Assembly: GCF_009914755.1 (NCBI RefSeq)
Contig: NC_060947.1
Direction: 5' to 3' (one strand)
From: the human T2T-CHM13v2.0 reference genome, Homo sapiens
Length of the DNA stretch: 64,000 nt
Both the position numbers and the translations under genes were made by a program. Positions 26,220 through 39,672 of this stretch are shown here, piece after piece; the first letter of the stretch is position 1, and each line of letters begins with the position of its first letter. Under the pieces are notes generated by a model. It had not been told where the DNA came from. It worked only from the letters and a program-made list of their open reading frames with translations, and did not search any database.

Positions 26220-27020
26220 TCAACTCCACCTCCAAAATAACTCCTAAATCCATCCCCCATCCTCCATTTTGCTGCTGCCACTCTAGCCCCAGCCACCACC
26301 AGGTCTCATGTGGACCACTGCAGTGGCCTCCTCTGTGGGTGCCCTGTTTCCACTTCTGCTCCCCTACAGACCACTGTCTATCCTGCCAGGATGTGCTTTT
26401 ACAAGTACATGGCTGATAAGGCCTCTCCCCTGCTTAAACCCTTGGTGGTCTCCATTGCTTCTAGTTCTTTCACGTTTCAGAAGGCAGTCAGGACAGAGGT
26501 CAGGCTCTGTAGCCAGACTGCCTGGGCTCCATCCTGCCTCTGCTGCTGCCCAATATGTCCTTACACTGTGACCATGGGCAAGCCATTGCACTTCTATGAG
26601 CCTCAAGCATCTTCATCTGAGAAATGGGGCTGAATAATAGACCTTGCTCTTAGGGCACTTGAGAACAATAAATAAGGTGATGCCTGTAAGATGCTGTGAA
26701 ACAGGGCTTGGCACACACCTATTACTCTTAAGACACAGAACTGTTTCTGACACTCTTCCATGTCTGGCCTCTGCTGACTTTTTAAGCCTCAGATTGAAAA
26801 GCACCTTCTCTAGTAGGTCACTCCTGAACCCCAGCCTAGGTCTGGACTCTTAGGTGAGGGCACTCTGGGCTTGCTTTAGCAAAATGCTCAGCTATAAATT
26901 TTCATTCAATATCTATCTCCCACACTCACCTGGAAGCTCCTTGAGGGTGGCACCATGTTTGTTTTCATCCACAGGGCCTGGTACATACCAGATGCTCCTT
27001 AAACCCTTGTTGAATGGGTG
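26220..27020 (+). mobile_element. L2 LINE fragment interrupted by a + strand MIR (~26480-26725)
   Basis: L2: cacctccaaaata...gaccactgcagtggcctcct...ctcccctgcttaaaccctt; after the MIR, ggaagctccttgagggtgg...cacagggcctggtacata...ttgttgaatg. MIR core: ctgtgaccatgggcaagcc...gagcctcaagcatcttcatctgagaaatgggg. Confidence 0.75.
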
Positions 27021-30000
27021 GATTTTCTAATATATGACTTGCAGCCTCAGAGGATGGCAAGAGCTTTTGAAGAAGGAAACAAGGATGAGTATGGTGGAAG
27101 CTGAAGCCCTGTGCCCAGGTGATGGCCAAAGGAGGCCAGGAGTTTGGTAGAGAGACAGCAAGGGCTCCTGTGCTCCCCATCTTGGCTCAGAACTTAGATT
27201 TTTGACTAAAGGTGAGTCTTCACCAGCCTGGGCCTTGATTAGGGGCCAAAATACCAGAAAACAGAGGCTTAGAAGGAAGGTAGGAATGAATACAACATTT
27301 CTTAAGTGCCTACTCTGTACCAGGGAGAATGCTGATGTGTGTCATTCTCATGTCATTCTTTGGAGTCTGTGGGCCACTAAAACTCATGCTCTCCCAAACT
27401 GCCTGCCAAGAGTCTGGTACTGGTGCCCCAGAGCAGTGCTTCCTACCACTTCTCACATGCTTACTCCAAGGGAAGGAAAGGTAGGGACATGGAAGGCCAG
27501 AGGCTGAGGAAAATCCAAACAGACAAAAGTCAACACAGAGACTTCAGGGCACAGATCACGTAGAGAACACAGAAGAAAGACAGGTGGGAGAGGAAGAAAG
27601 AATAAGAAAGGAGAGGGAGGTAGAAAGAGAGAGAGAGGAAGGAAGTGGTGGAAGAGTCAACAGCCAGCAGATAAGTGGTGCCCTTGGCTCCCTCTGACCC
27701 CTTCTCTGGTGGTGCCCACCCTAGTAATGAAATAGAAGGCTGAATAAATACTCTGAACCATGCTCCTGTTAAAGCAGGGGCCAATCTGAGTGCAGCATGA
27801 AATGAGAGGGCCAGGAATCTGAGGTCTGGAGCCAGTCATTTCCTTTTTGGTCCCAGGCCTTGTAAGGCAGGGCTGTGGGCACTGGCCAGGGGCCACTTGG
27901 GGGTGGCCACTAGTGCTCTGGTCAGTAGCGGGCAGTGGACCCACTGCTGCCCAGGGAAAGCCTCCTTGTCTCTACACAGGTACTGCTAAAAAGAGCTCTT
28001 TTCCAGCCCTGGCCCAGTGCTGCCCCCATTCCTTGGGATAGTGGGGTGTACCAGCCAACATCCCCTAAACTCATGTCTCTGGAGGATCCAGGGCACTCAG
28101 TAATGGGGAACAATTCCAGCTCCTTTGAGCACCATGATGCCCCTTCTTCCCACACACATTTCCTGGGCCCCTACTCTGAGACAGGCTGATGTAGACGCAC
28201 CACATCCTGGCCTCATTTTGTCCTCAGAACCACTAAAGGGGGAGGTCTCCGAAGCTCCATTTTAGACTTGAGGAGTGATGCTCTGAGAATAAAAATGACT
28301 TTCCCAGAGTCACCCATCCAGGAAGCAGCAGATCAGGGACTTCAGCCACGATCTGTCTGATTGCACAGTGGATGGCTCCAATCCTCTGTCTCTTGGAAAG
28401 GAAGGGCCAAGGGGTTGGAGACACCAGCACAGGCTAGGGCAGAGGTTCCGTGCCTGGAAGGCCCCATGTCATGTCTCACAGGGAGTGTTACAGGCAGAAG
28501 TGGCCTCAAGGGTAATCAGGTTCCAACCTAGTTCCTCGTTTGAAAGATGAGGAAAATGGGAACCAAGAGGGAAAAAGGTTTGACTCGGCCAGGGCCTCAG
28601 AGCCTGTTAAGTAATGCGACAGAGAGTGGAACATAGAATCAATTCAGATGCTGACTCCATGGTGTGGGTTCAAAGATGCCAGAAAGACCTCTGACATTTG
28701 GAAACGAAAATGTTGGTATTTGAGGCACATTTTGATGTTTTTGTGGAGCTAACAGGACCACATATTGAGATTTGAGATGGTCCCAGAAAATTTGTGCTGC
28801 ATTACTGGCACTTTGACCCTGGAACCATCCAGTCCTAGGGCCTGGGGGTAAGGGGGAGGTGGGCACCTTGGCAGCTGACATCTCAGGCTCAGGGTGACTC
28901 TTTAGGCTTCATCAAAGAACAGTGTCTTATAAGGGAGCAAGCAGCTCAGGAATAACTACAGTGCCACTCACACAAGGAGCATGGGCCACTTGAGGAGGCC
29001 TCAGCTCCCCGCCTCAGTCAGGAACTATGGCCCAATGCCTTGGTTCCAGAGGACTTAGGAGGATGGAACTAAGGTGGCAGTCCTGGTTGGGGGAACCCTT
29101 CCCTATGCCTCTGGACTTGTGAGAACTGGGCCTCTTGGGAGCTTTCCTTTGAACTCTACTAATAAGCCAAAACTGTCCTGAAGCCTTTGCAAATCTCTGC
29201 CAGACATCCCCAGCCCAATTCCCACACCCAGGGAGACATCTGCCTGGCTGGGTGCAGGAAAAAGAGGTGGGCCAGAGGGCCAGTGAGGGACCCCAGGGCT
29301 TGCCCCCGTAGGCATCTCCCATCTCTCAGGGCCCACCAACAGGGGAAGCTGGCACTCGACAGCCACTCTGGCCCGGAGCAGAGCCCAACCAGGAGATTTT
29401 CCCGGTTAGGCCAGTCCAAGCCGATTCCATACAGGCCTGAGGAGGTGACAACCCTATCGACCAGCTCCTCCTGGCCCCCCATTTACATCTTGATTACATT
29501 CCTTGGGAAACCGTCCAGGCCACATTCCGCCTGGCAGGCGGCTGGGAAGACCCACAGAGCACTATGGCAACGCTGGAGGGGCCAGGCCCGCCGGCCAGCT
29601 GAGCAAGAGCAAGAGCCGCTAGGCTAGGGAACCTCCCTTCTAGGGCCAGCCTAGATTCCTCAACGCCCACCCACCCCACCACCAACCCCAGCCAGCCCCC
29701 ACTCCATTCAGTGTGCTCCTGTCCTTAGCCCTACTCAACCCCCATCTCCAACCAGACCCATGCACACCGCATCTGCAGGCCTTGACGCAGTGCCAAGCCT
29801 AATGCCCAGCTTCCCTGGTCCCAGAGCCTCTGTGAGGGCTGCTGTCTTCCTCCTAAGCCACTTCCCTAGGCACAAATGTTTAGGCCTCAAGTCCAGGAAG
29901 GGGCAGTGGAAGGTGTGAAGCTATTCACCAGAGCGTGGGCCAGGGCTGGAGCTTTCAAGCTCTTCTGGTTTTCTCTCTCCTTGTGAAAACATAGTTGCTC

Positions 30001-30347
30001 AATAGGATCCCAGGAAGGCAAAGAGAGTCAAAGACAAGGGATCAACTCAGACTGCTTACCTCTCCAGAATTTGCTAGAAAATACTTCAATATCTGTGGAA
30101 CCCTAGAAGCCTCTCCATAGACACTCCAGCTCCTCAGAAAATCAGGTGAAACTCCCTCCTCCAGCAGCCCTGCCTGGGAGGAGCAATGCAATTTCTTGCT
30201 TTCCTCCTGTTCCTCTGGCTGCCCACAGTCCCTTAGGAAAGGTCAAGGCACTGACAGGAGGGGGACTGGGGCCTCCTTCTCCAACCCCTAACTGATCTCT
30301 CTGTTTTGGGGCAGAGGATGAAGAGTAGTATAGCTCACACACCCCAG

Positions 30348-30693
30348 TCCCTTCCTTTCTCCCTCCCCTCCCCTCCCCTCCACTTCCTGCCCTTCGCCTT
30401 CTCCTTCCCTTCCTTTCTTCCTTCCTTCCCTTCTTCCTTCTTTCCTTCTTCCTTCCTTCTCCTTCCTTCCTTTCTTCCTTCTCCTTCCTTTCTTCCTTCC
30501 TTCCTTCCCTCCTTCCTCCCTCCCTTCCTTCCTTCTTTCCTTCCTTCCTTTTTCCTCCTTCCCTCCTTTCTTCTTCTCTCTTCTTTCCTTCCTCCCTCCT
30601 TCCCTCTTCCTTCTTCCCTTCTTTCTCCTCCCTTCCTTCCTTCCTTCCTTCCTTCCTTCCTCCATCTCTTTGTTCTTCCCTCCCTCCCTTCTT
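30348..30693. repeat. Polypyrimidine (CCTT/TTCC/CCCT)n compound microsatellite, ~345 bp
   Basis: Almost purely C/T on the + strand. It produces the low-complexity ORFs 30288..30665 and 30306..30779. Confidence 0.97.
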
Positions 30694-31574
30694 ATTTTAG
30701 CAGCAAAAACCTTTCAGCAAGCAAAACCTTATGTGAAAGCCCCATATTGAATCAGATAAGGAGGTCTTGTTCTGGTTGAGAGGCCATGAGACTCGACAGT
30801 CCCATCAACTGGACTCCCACTTGTGCCCCAGAGGCCCCGGAGCACTCCAAGGAATGGAGTTTGAAACCCACTAGGACTGTCAGCCCTGGCAGCCTCTGAA
30901 AAGATACCTCTGCTTCCTCTTAACGTGTCCCTCCTTTTCATCCTCATCTTCCCTCTTTTCCTCCCTGCTCTTTTTGGCTTTCTCATGTCTTCTTTCATCC
31001 CTCCCTGCTTCACTCAGTGCTCATGAGTCCCCCTCACATAGCCCAAAGTTCAGTCTGGCACTGCTTTTTCTGCCTGGGGTGAGTGGGCAGGAGCCTCATT
31101 CCAGCACTGAGCTGTAATTTTGGGTCCCTGGCTTGGCCAGACAGTGCTTGCCAGTTGCATGAGCAGAGGCCCTGGAGCCAGGCATTCCTGCCCAGCCCTT
31201 TAAACTGTAATCAAGGTGGGGGTGATGGCACCAACTCCAAAGGGTAGCTGGAGACTTTTGTTGTTGTCTGGAGGGGCTATGGAAGGTCAAGTGCAATGTC
31301 AGGTACAGACACATCCATGAGCTGAAAACCCCTCCCCTATAGGGTGTGGGGCCAGATAGTTGAGAGAGCTGTGAATTGGGATCCTGTTTGGATGCCAGAG
31401 CTCTATAAAGTGCCATCCTGCAGTGGAACCCTCCAGAAAGAACCCACAAAAAGGCTCTATTCAGACAAAGGAAGCAAGGGCAGTTAGCGGCTGGGTGCCA
31501 AGGTCTGAGCCCAAAGCTTGCCTTGGCTCCCGTGCTCCTAGCTAGGCTCTAGAGTCACCTGGATTGTTTCCTTT

Positions 31575-32235
31575 GGGTGGTTACTCTGTGCCAGGCAGGG
31601 TGCTGGGCACTGGGGATGCCGTTGCTAACAAATAGACACAAGTCTTTGCCTCACAGAGCTGACATCCAAGTCAGGGGCAATAGATTATAAAGTAGTTAAG
31701 TAGAATAGACTGATACATTGTGAAAAATAAAGCAAGGAAGGCGAGAAAGGTAGGATGGGGTGAAGAAGGGTACGATTTTTTAATGGGATGGTCAGGAGGG
31801 TCTCACTGAGAAGGTAACATATAAGCAAAGGCTCCAGGGAGGAGAGGGAGTGACTCATGCAGCTATGGAAGGGGAGAGCATTTCAGGCAGAGGTCTCTGC
31901 AGGTACAAAGGGTGTGAGGTGAGCACATGCAGGTGTGTTTGCGGAGGCTGGTCTGGCTGGACAGAGCAATGGGAAGAGTGGCTGGAGATGAAGATTGAGA
32001 GCTAAAAGGGAGGGAGTGAACCCAGTAGGGCCGCATAGGTTACTCTAAGGACTTAGCTTTATTCTGAGTCAGATGGGAGCCATGGCAGGATTTGGAGGCA
32101 GAAGAGGGATATGATGTGACTGAATCATGTCAGGATGCTCCTTTTGGCTGTTGAGTTGAGAACAAATTGTAGGGAGGCACGGGGGAAAGCCAAGAGACTA
32201 GTCAGGATGCTCTGCAGTGACCCAGGGAGGAATCC
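31575..32235 (-). mobile_element. L2 LINE fragment
   Basis: tactctgtgccaggca...tgctgggcactggggat...ggatggtcaggagggtctcactgagaaggtaacat...aaggacttagctttattctgagtcagatgggagccatggcaggattt. Confidence 0.85.
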
Positions 32236-33082
32236 TGAAGAATCCTGCATAAAGGCAAAAGAGGTAGCATACCTAGCCTGCAGGAGAGCAGCCTGAACAC
32301 TGATCTCTGCCTCAAAGTCATAGGTTTCTCTTCTCTCGAGGCTGGAGAAAAACAAGGCTATCAAAGCTAGTCCCCTGGGAGAATTCCTCATGGAGCAGTC
32401 CCTCAGTCACTCCCTTATTTGCTCAATCAGTCAACGAACATGGATGAAACACCCCCTAAGCAGTATGGGCTAGGCCGAGCCAGGCCAGTCTCTCCTGTCA
32501 TGTAGGACTTACAGGACTTCCTGGGTAAAAGGAGCAGTGGGAGAGGTGACCTACAGACCTACGCAGTACTCATTTAGGCCCTGCGAGTTAGGGCCAGGGG
32601 CCTTGGACCAGGGCTGGCACTAGGGGTGTGACCAGCTTCCTATCGAATTCATTTCCTGGACCAGGCCAATCTTTCCCTTTGCCCTGGCCATTTCCAGGGG
32701 CCCAAGACACCCCGACTTCCACTTTCTGTGGGGGGGGGGTAGGGGTGCAAGGTGCAGGGCTGTGCCCAGCCAAGCCAGGGCTCATGAGCTTAAGAGAGGG
32801 TGGCTGGAGCAGGAGCCAATGCTGTCCCTGGCAAGGGACACAGGCCTCTTAGACCTGGGAGAGGAAGGAACCAAAGTCCCTTGGCCAATGCCTGGTGCAG
32901 GATTCTGGCTGTATGCTCCTCAGCCAGAAGGATACGGGGGTCATGGGTCACATGTTATTTAATCTACTAGCACAGGGCACAGTGCCCATGGGGCACAGCT
33001 CACCACCCTCTGTGATTATTTCACTTCACATACAATACAATAGGAAATCGTATTGGTAGTTCCAGATTTCATAAGGCCTGAT

Positions 33083-33325
33083 AACAACAACAACAATAGC
33101 AACAATAACAAGAGTAATAGCTGTCATTTACTGAGCCTTTCTGTGTGCAGACACAGTGCTGGACGCTTTATACATATTATCTCATTTAAAGGCCACACCG
33201 AGCCAATGAGATATTTGCTATTAATATGCTCATTTTAGAGACGAGGAAACTCAGGCTCAGAAAATCTGAGTTCTCTACCCAGTGCATACAGCTAGGAAGA
33301 AGCAGAGCTAGGATTTGAACCCATC
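33083..33325 (-). mobile_element. MIR SINE with an (AAC)n-rich tail
   Basis: aacaacaacaacaatagc...catttactgagc...cattttagagacgaggaaactcaggctcaga...agagctaggatttgaaccca. Confidence 0.8.
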
Positions 33326-34134
33326 TAGGAGCACATGCTGATTTTGGTTAAGGGCGATATAACTGTGAGCCCGGAGTCACAAAACCAAGACCCCCTGTGT
33401 GCTTCTGGTGAGGATGAGGGAAGAGGATGGAAGCTCCTTTTACTAGGACTTTCGTTCCCTCCCTTTCCCCATCCTATTCCACCCCACACTGCCTTCTCCT
33501 CCCTATTTTTCTCCTCCCTCTTTGCTGTTACACTGAGGTTATGGGGGCTGGGGCAAGGGGCCCTCCATCTGCCCGAGCTAGAGATGTAAGGACTGGGGTT
33601 GAGGGATCCAGGAGGGGAAATGATTTGGCTTGAAGATCCAGGGCAGAGCAGGGGATTGTGAGGGGGGTGTCCTAGGGATGGAGGATCATGCTACAGACTT
33701 GGGTAAAGCCCCCCAAAGCTGCAGTGAGGGTCTGACCTGGCTCCAAACCACTGTGGTCTGGCTCCTTCTTGTTATCAAGGAATGATGAATTTGAGAAATT
33801 ACTGGAGGGATTGGGGGAAGCAATGAGTTTCCTCATCCACACTCAGGGCAGGTCTGGGGAGTAGGGAGGCCTCCCCAAAGGCCCAAACCCCATTCTTTAA
33901 CCCCGGCTCCACCCCTGCTAGCCCCACCTTCCCCAGCCCTGCCAACCTGTGATGGTGGCCACAGTAGGACAGCACTTGCCAGGAGCTCAGAGCACTGGGG
34001 GTCGGGGAGCAGCATCACAAAGCAGTTCCCACAGTCAGGCCAGTCAAGGCACAACAATGTGGAGCTGAGCTGGGGGCTATTTCTTAGGGAGCATGAAAGA
34101 GCGGCTTTCATATGCAGCCTTGCTGGAGTCGTCC

Positions 34135-34570
34135 TATTGCCACATTTTATACATGAAGGACTGAGGCTCAGAGAGGGGAAGTGGCTTGCCCATGGCTGAA
34201 CACGCACGTAGGGAGTGGCACAGCTGGGCTTCTGGGAACTTTGCTCTGTTCCTCTGTTCAGCAGAGGAGGAACTCAGGGGAACTACCTCAGCTAGGTCTT
34301 CAGGGGTAGTCACCCACCAAGCCCTGGAGGGCATTAGACAGATGCTGTAGAGCAGAAGTACCTGGTTCAAATCTGAACTCTGCCACTATTGCATAACTTC
34401 GGGCAAGCTCCTTAATATCCCTATGCCTCAGTTTCCTCATTTTTGAAACAGATACAACAATATTGCATCATACAAACATACAAAAGCCTTTTATAGGGGA
34501 GGAAATGAATTAATATCTGGAAAACACTTGGAACTGTACCTGATACATAAGAAACACTAACTGTTCAAGA
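34135..34570. mobile_element. Two MIR fragments (minus ~34135-34250; plus ~34350-34570)
   Basis: cattttatacatgaaggactgaggctcagagaggggaagtggcttgccc and cctggttcaaatctgaactctgccact...gggcaag...gcctcagtttcctcatttttgaaa. Confidence 0.75.
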
Positions 34571-36051
34571 TTACTTCCGTGATCCCACCTGCAGGCTCAG
34601 CCCTAAGTCTGCCACCCATTGTGACCCTGGACACCCCCAGGCCCACCCTGTTAGTCCCAATATCTAAATCCTCTCCCCTCCTCCCTATTCCCCTGCTTCT
34701 GGTCTGACCCTGATCTCCTGTCCTGGTTTTGGGCTCTGATTGGAAACAGTGCCCCAGTCCCAACCTTGTGCACCTCTGCTCTCATCTCTAGGTGACCTTT
34801 CTAGTGCCTTGGTACCTGTCCAGTTTCCTGAAGTCCTGAGGACTGCGCCCTGCCTTGCATTTGCTGGTCCCCTCTAGGGAACCCCCCACCCACTGGGGTC
34901 CTGCTACCTGCAGCCAGACCCCTTCCTGCTGCTACCTCCTCACCTATCCCCATTGCCTAGTATCACCTGCCCTTGGACTCCCTTGCCAGTTACCATGACC
35001 TCCTAGAGGACCGCAGACTTCCACGGCTCCCTAGATGGCCCTCACTGCTGACTGTCACCACAACTCTCCAGAAAGCCTGTTATGTAGGGACTTGGCCCCT
35101 ATCCTATCCTGTCTGTTGAGAATGGCTAAGGAACCACACCACAAGAAAAAAGAAGTGAGAGGTTGCCTACAGCCAAGCACAAGTGCAACAGCTCAGTGCT
35201 TCGGGCAGAGTTCTGCATGCACTTGGCCCTCCAGAAAAATGTTTTGCCCACCACTGGCATTCCCTCCAATCTCCCTCCCCAGGCCCTGTCGGGGGGCGGG
35301 GGGAAGTACTCAGAGGCTGCTCCCCTGCCCTGTCAACCCGATCTAGTTTGTGCCTGGCTCCAGAAGGTGGAGGTCAAATCTCAGCCACAAAGAAGCAGGA
35401 GAGAAGAGAGACAAGGGAGGAGGAGGAAACACGAAGCGATGCGATGTGAGAGATCAGAGTCCAGCAGTGGAGAAGCTGGGGCAGGGCGGGCCCTGGAGGG
35501 GAGGGGAGGGGAAGCTGGGCCCAAGGCTATTTCTGTACAATAATACAGGGGAAGAGGGCCAAGCTGACAGGACAGTGATTAGTCTTCAGGGAGCAAAGGC
35601 GAAGACTCTGCCGGCGAGCCTGGGGCTGGAGAAGCTGGCCGAGGTCCCAGTCCGGTGGGCTGGAGCAATGATTTCAGAGGCCCGGAATCTGAGGCAAGCT
35701 GGGCCCATGGACTAGGGAGCAGGGAAGGTGGGAGCAGGACAAGGGGAGCCACCCATCCTCCCTGCCCCACCTCCAGCAGAGAAGGCTGGGAAGGCGGGTG
35801 TGAGTTGGCTTGCCCCGGCTGTCTGCCACCGTGGGGTTATCTGGCTGTGTATGGGAGCGGAGTTTCTGAAATCCACACCTCCCGGGCTCTGGCCTGTGGG
35901 GGAGATGGCGTGAGAAAGATCCAGGAACACAAGGCTCGGAAACCTCAGGCAAAGAGTCAAGGCTTCATTTTCTTTCCCACGGGATTTTCAGTCATGGGGT
36001 CCAGGAAAGGGGGTGTCAGAGGGTCATGGTGTGGGGTGGGACAGGGAGCTC

Positions 36052-36262
36052 ACATTCATGAGGCACCAACTCTGTACCATGCCCCTTGCTAGGCATTGTC
36101 ACATTGAACCCTCCTGAAAACCAGGTGAGTTAGGAGTGTTCAGACTGGCTTTGCACTGAGGAAACTGAGGTTCAGAGAGGCAGGGTGAAGCCTAACATCA
36201 TGCAGCTAGAAAGTGGAAGAGCGATAATTGACCCCAGGTCTGTCCTACTCCAAGGCCCTGGC
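36052..36262 (-). mobile_element. MIR SINE
   Basis: tgaggaaactgaggttcagagagg...cagctagaaagtggaagagc...ccaggtctgtcctactccaaggccc. Confidence 0.75.
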
Positions 36263-36269
36263 TTTGGAA

Positions 36270-36815
<546 letters not shown>

Positions 36816-37009
36816 ATAATCCATCCCTGATAAGTGTTTTATGAGTGTTTTACCACTGTCCTCCATGGGCTCCCTTAGATGAAGGAGTGGAGAGAGGCAA
36901 GAGAGCTGGGTTTGGGAAATACAGGGCAGAGGGTCGCTCCAATCCCTGTAGAATTTAAGTCCTCCCACATTTGGACAATAGTATCAGGCGTCTTCCAGCA
37001 GGGAGCCCG

Positions 37010-37240
37010 AGTGACCCAGCAATTGCACTTCTGGGAATTCATCCTAAGGAAATAATGGGTCAAGAGAGCAAAGATGTATGTACCAGGATGTTCATTGCCA
37101 TGGTGTCTATTATAGTGAAAAACAGCTTGCTTACATGAATTATGGCATATTCATACACAGTCACCATTAAAAACAACAATGTGGCTTTTTCAGTCCTGAC
37201 AAGGAAAGAGATCCCTGATCTAGTTGTTAAGGAAAGAAAT
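37010..37240 (+). mobile_element. L1ME-type 3' fragment
   Basis: tgacccagcaattgcacttctgggaattcatcctaaggaaataat...caaagatgtatgtaccaggatgttcattgc. Confidence 0.7.
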
Positions 37241-37656
37241 GCAGGTAGGCAGTGCCGGGGAGAGGAGGTCTTGGAGCATCAGGGCTAGAGAAGGGAACCC
37301 ATTCATATTTCTGAAGCACCCCATAATGATTTACTATGAGCCTTCACTACTTTTCTAATTAAAAGAAAACAAGCAACAAAATTATTTCCATTTTGAAAAC
37401 ATAATCTCACAGTCTCAGAACCTCCAGCTGGAAAGTAGTCATCTGCATGAGGCCGCTGAGGATTTCCCTGGACAGGAGAGAACTTCCCACTTGGGAGCAG
37501 GCCCAGAATTTCTTCTCCCTCCCAGCCCTTCTCCCTGCCAAGAAGCAAGGGTGGAGGGGGGGCGGTGGGGGAGCAAAAAGGCCTGGTGGAGTCAGACAAA
37601 CCTGGCTTTTGCTGCTAAAACAAAGTTTCAATACTACTGGCCAACATGACCTTCCT

Positions 37657-38445
37657 CATTCATTCATTCATTCATTCATTCATTCATTTGACAAATATTT
37701 ATTGAGCACCAACTATGTGCCTAGACTAAGTGATGAGAACACAGCAGTAAGTGAAATAGACAAAAATCCTTGCTCTCATGGAGCTCCCATTTTAGTGAAG
37801 GCAGACAGACAGTAAGCAGGACAGATACTATGGGGAGTCTATGGGATGGTGAGAAGCACTATGGAGAAAAAGAAAACAACAAGTGAGAAGGGTGAATATG
37901 GTGCCAGGGTGGAGGAGCAATGCAAAATAGAGTGTAAGGGAAGGCCTCCCTGAACAAGTGAAATGGAAGTAAACACCTAGAGCAGGTGGAGAAAGCCATG
38001 TGGAGAATTTGGAGGAAGAGCACTCCAAGCAGAGGGAATAACCAAGTGCAATGGCCTTGAGGCGGGAGGGGTGTTTGGTGTATTAAAGTAGAAAAAAGAG
38101 GCCAAGCAGGCTGAAGCGGGAATACTGAAGGGGAGAGGAGGAGTAGATTAATTTCAAGAGGAAACAAGTGTGAAAGTAGATGGGACTTGGTAAGCCATGC
38201 TAAGGCTTTGGCGTTTACCCTGACTGCCATGTGGGGCCAAGGGCAGGGTTTTGAGCAACAGAAGTGACAAGGGCTAAACCTAAGCAGGTTGTAACAGGAT
38301 CACTTTAGCTGCTGTCCTGAAAACAGACGGAAGTGGGAAGGGCCAAAGAGGGAAGCAGGGGACCAATTAGGAGGCTAAGACAGTAATCCAGGTGAGAGGT
38401 GGTAGGTGCCTCACACCAGAGTGGCAGTGAAGGTGGAGAGAGCTA
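37657..38445 (-). mobile_element. L2 LINE (L2a-like) 3' portion with a (CATT)8 tail
   Basis: (CATT)8 then tgacaaatatttattgagcaccaactatgtgcc...aaaaatccttgctctcatggagct...agggaaggcctccctga...aacaggatcactttagctgctgt...gtaatccaggtgagagg. Confidence 0.9.
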
Positions 38446-38649
38446 ATTGCTACCATAGTCGCTTTCTATTCTATTCTTTCTGCTCTAGTCTGCTTTATTT
38501 CTATTCTCCCCCAACTTCACAATGAGCTGTGGCAACCACTCTTCTACAGTAAGAATAAGACGTTCAGCATGTCCCAATATAGAAATACTTTTCTTAGCCC
38601 AGCTCCACCTCAACCTGCTGCCAGGTCCCTGCCTGCTCTTGAAGCCTAG

Positions 38650-38790
38650 GCTTAGACTGTCATCTCTGTGAAGGCAGGGACTTTTGCCTGTTTGGTTTAC
38701 CGCTGTACCTCCAGTGCCTACAACAGTATCTGGTGATTACTTGGCACTGAATGAATGGATGGATGGATGGATGGATGGATGGATGGATGG
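38650..38790 (+). mobile_element. L2 3' end whose tail has expanded into (GGAT)8
   Basis: tagactgt...gaaggcagggact...ctgtacctccagtgcctacaacagt...tgaatgaat, followed by (GGAT)8 at 38757-38788. Confidence 0.8.
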
Positions 38791-39672
38791 ACGAACAGTG
38801 CAGTGGAAGTCTAAAGGAGGGAGCAAGGAATTAAGCCTGACGGTGGGAGGAGGAGAGGGGTGGAGATGGGTGGACACGTCTGATTTGCCTATTCAGCCAA
38901 AGCCCTAGAGAGCAATCCTTAGCCTCAGAACATACCCGCAGGCACAGGTGGGCCCTTCCTCTCTCAGCCTGGCTGACTCAATGTGGGTGTGAATGTTAGT
39001 CATCTCATTGTTTGGTCACAGGAAAAAAAGAAATCTCACTTGGGCAGGATCACTTCCATCTTAGAAGGGAAGCAACTATAGGGAAATGGAAAGAGTCAGT
39101 GGTAATGATTGAGGGACAGGAATTAGGAACAGAGAGAGTCCAAAGCTTGAGCCCATCTCAGTTCTGAAAAACCAGAAGCAATATTTTTTTCACTCTGCCC
39201 TCCTGGCACAATCCTCTTACCTCCCCCAGAACACTCATTCCCATTCAACAACATGCTTTCCCAATCTCTTTGTCGCCCCTCCTGCTGATTCTTCCCCAAG
39301 CCTCCCCACCAGCCCTCTCCTTTGAAACTCTCGCTTCATTCAGTGGAAACTCTTCTTAATCTTGAAACTATCTATAACCTCCTTTCTTAGCAATAACCTA
39401 ATTCCCTGCAGGATCTATCCCCCTCATCTCTGTAGTCTGCTATAGAAGCCTCACTTTCCCTTTAACTCAAGAAGAGGGTACGCTGGCTGACTCAGTCAGA
39501 TCACAGCTACACCACTTCCTTCCTATGTTATCCATGAGTATGCCATGAGCCATTATTAATGTGATCTGGAGCAGGTCTTACAAAGACTTATCAAGTATAT
39601 TGCCAATAAGAGGGGTAAGAAACTATCTCACTCTACTGTTTTGTTTTGTGTTTTCCTGTTCATTGGTCATTC

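Noticed and set aside
39530-39640. Possible L3/CR1 fragment
   Set aside because: The similarity is too faint to support by eye.
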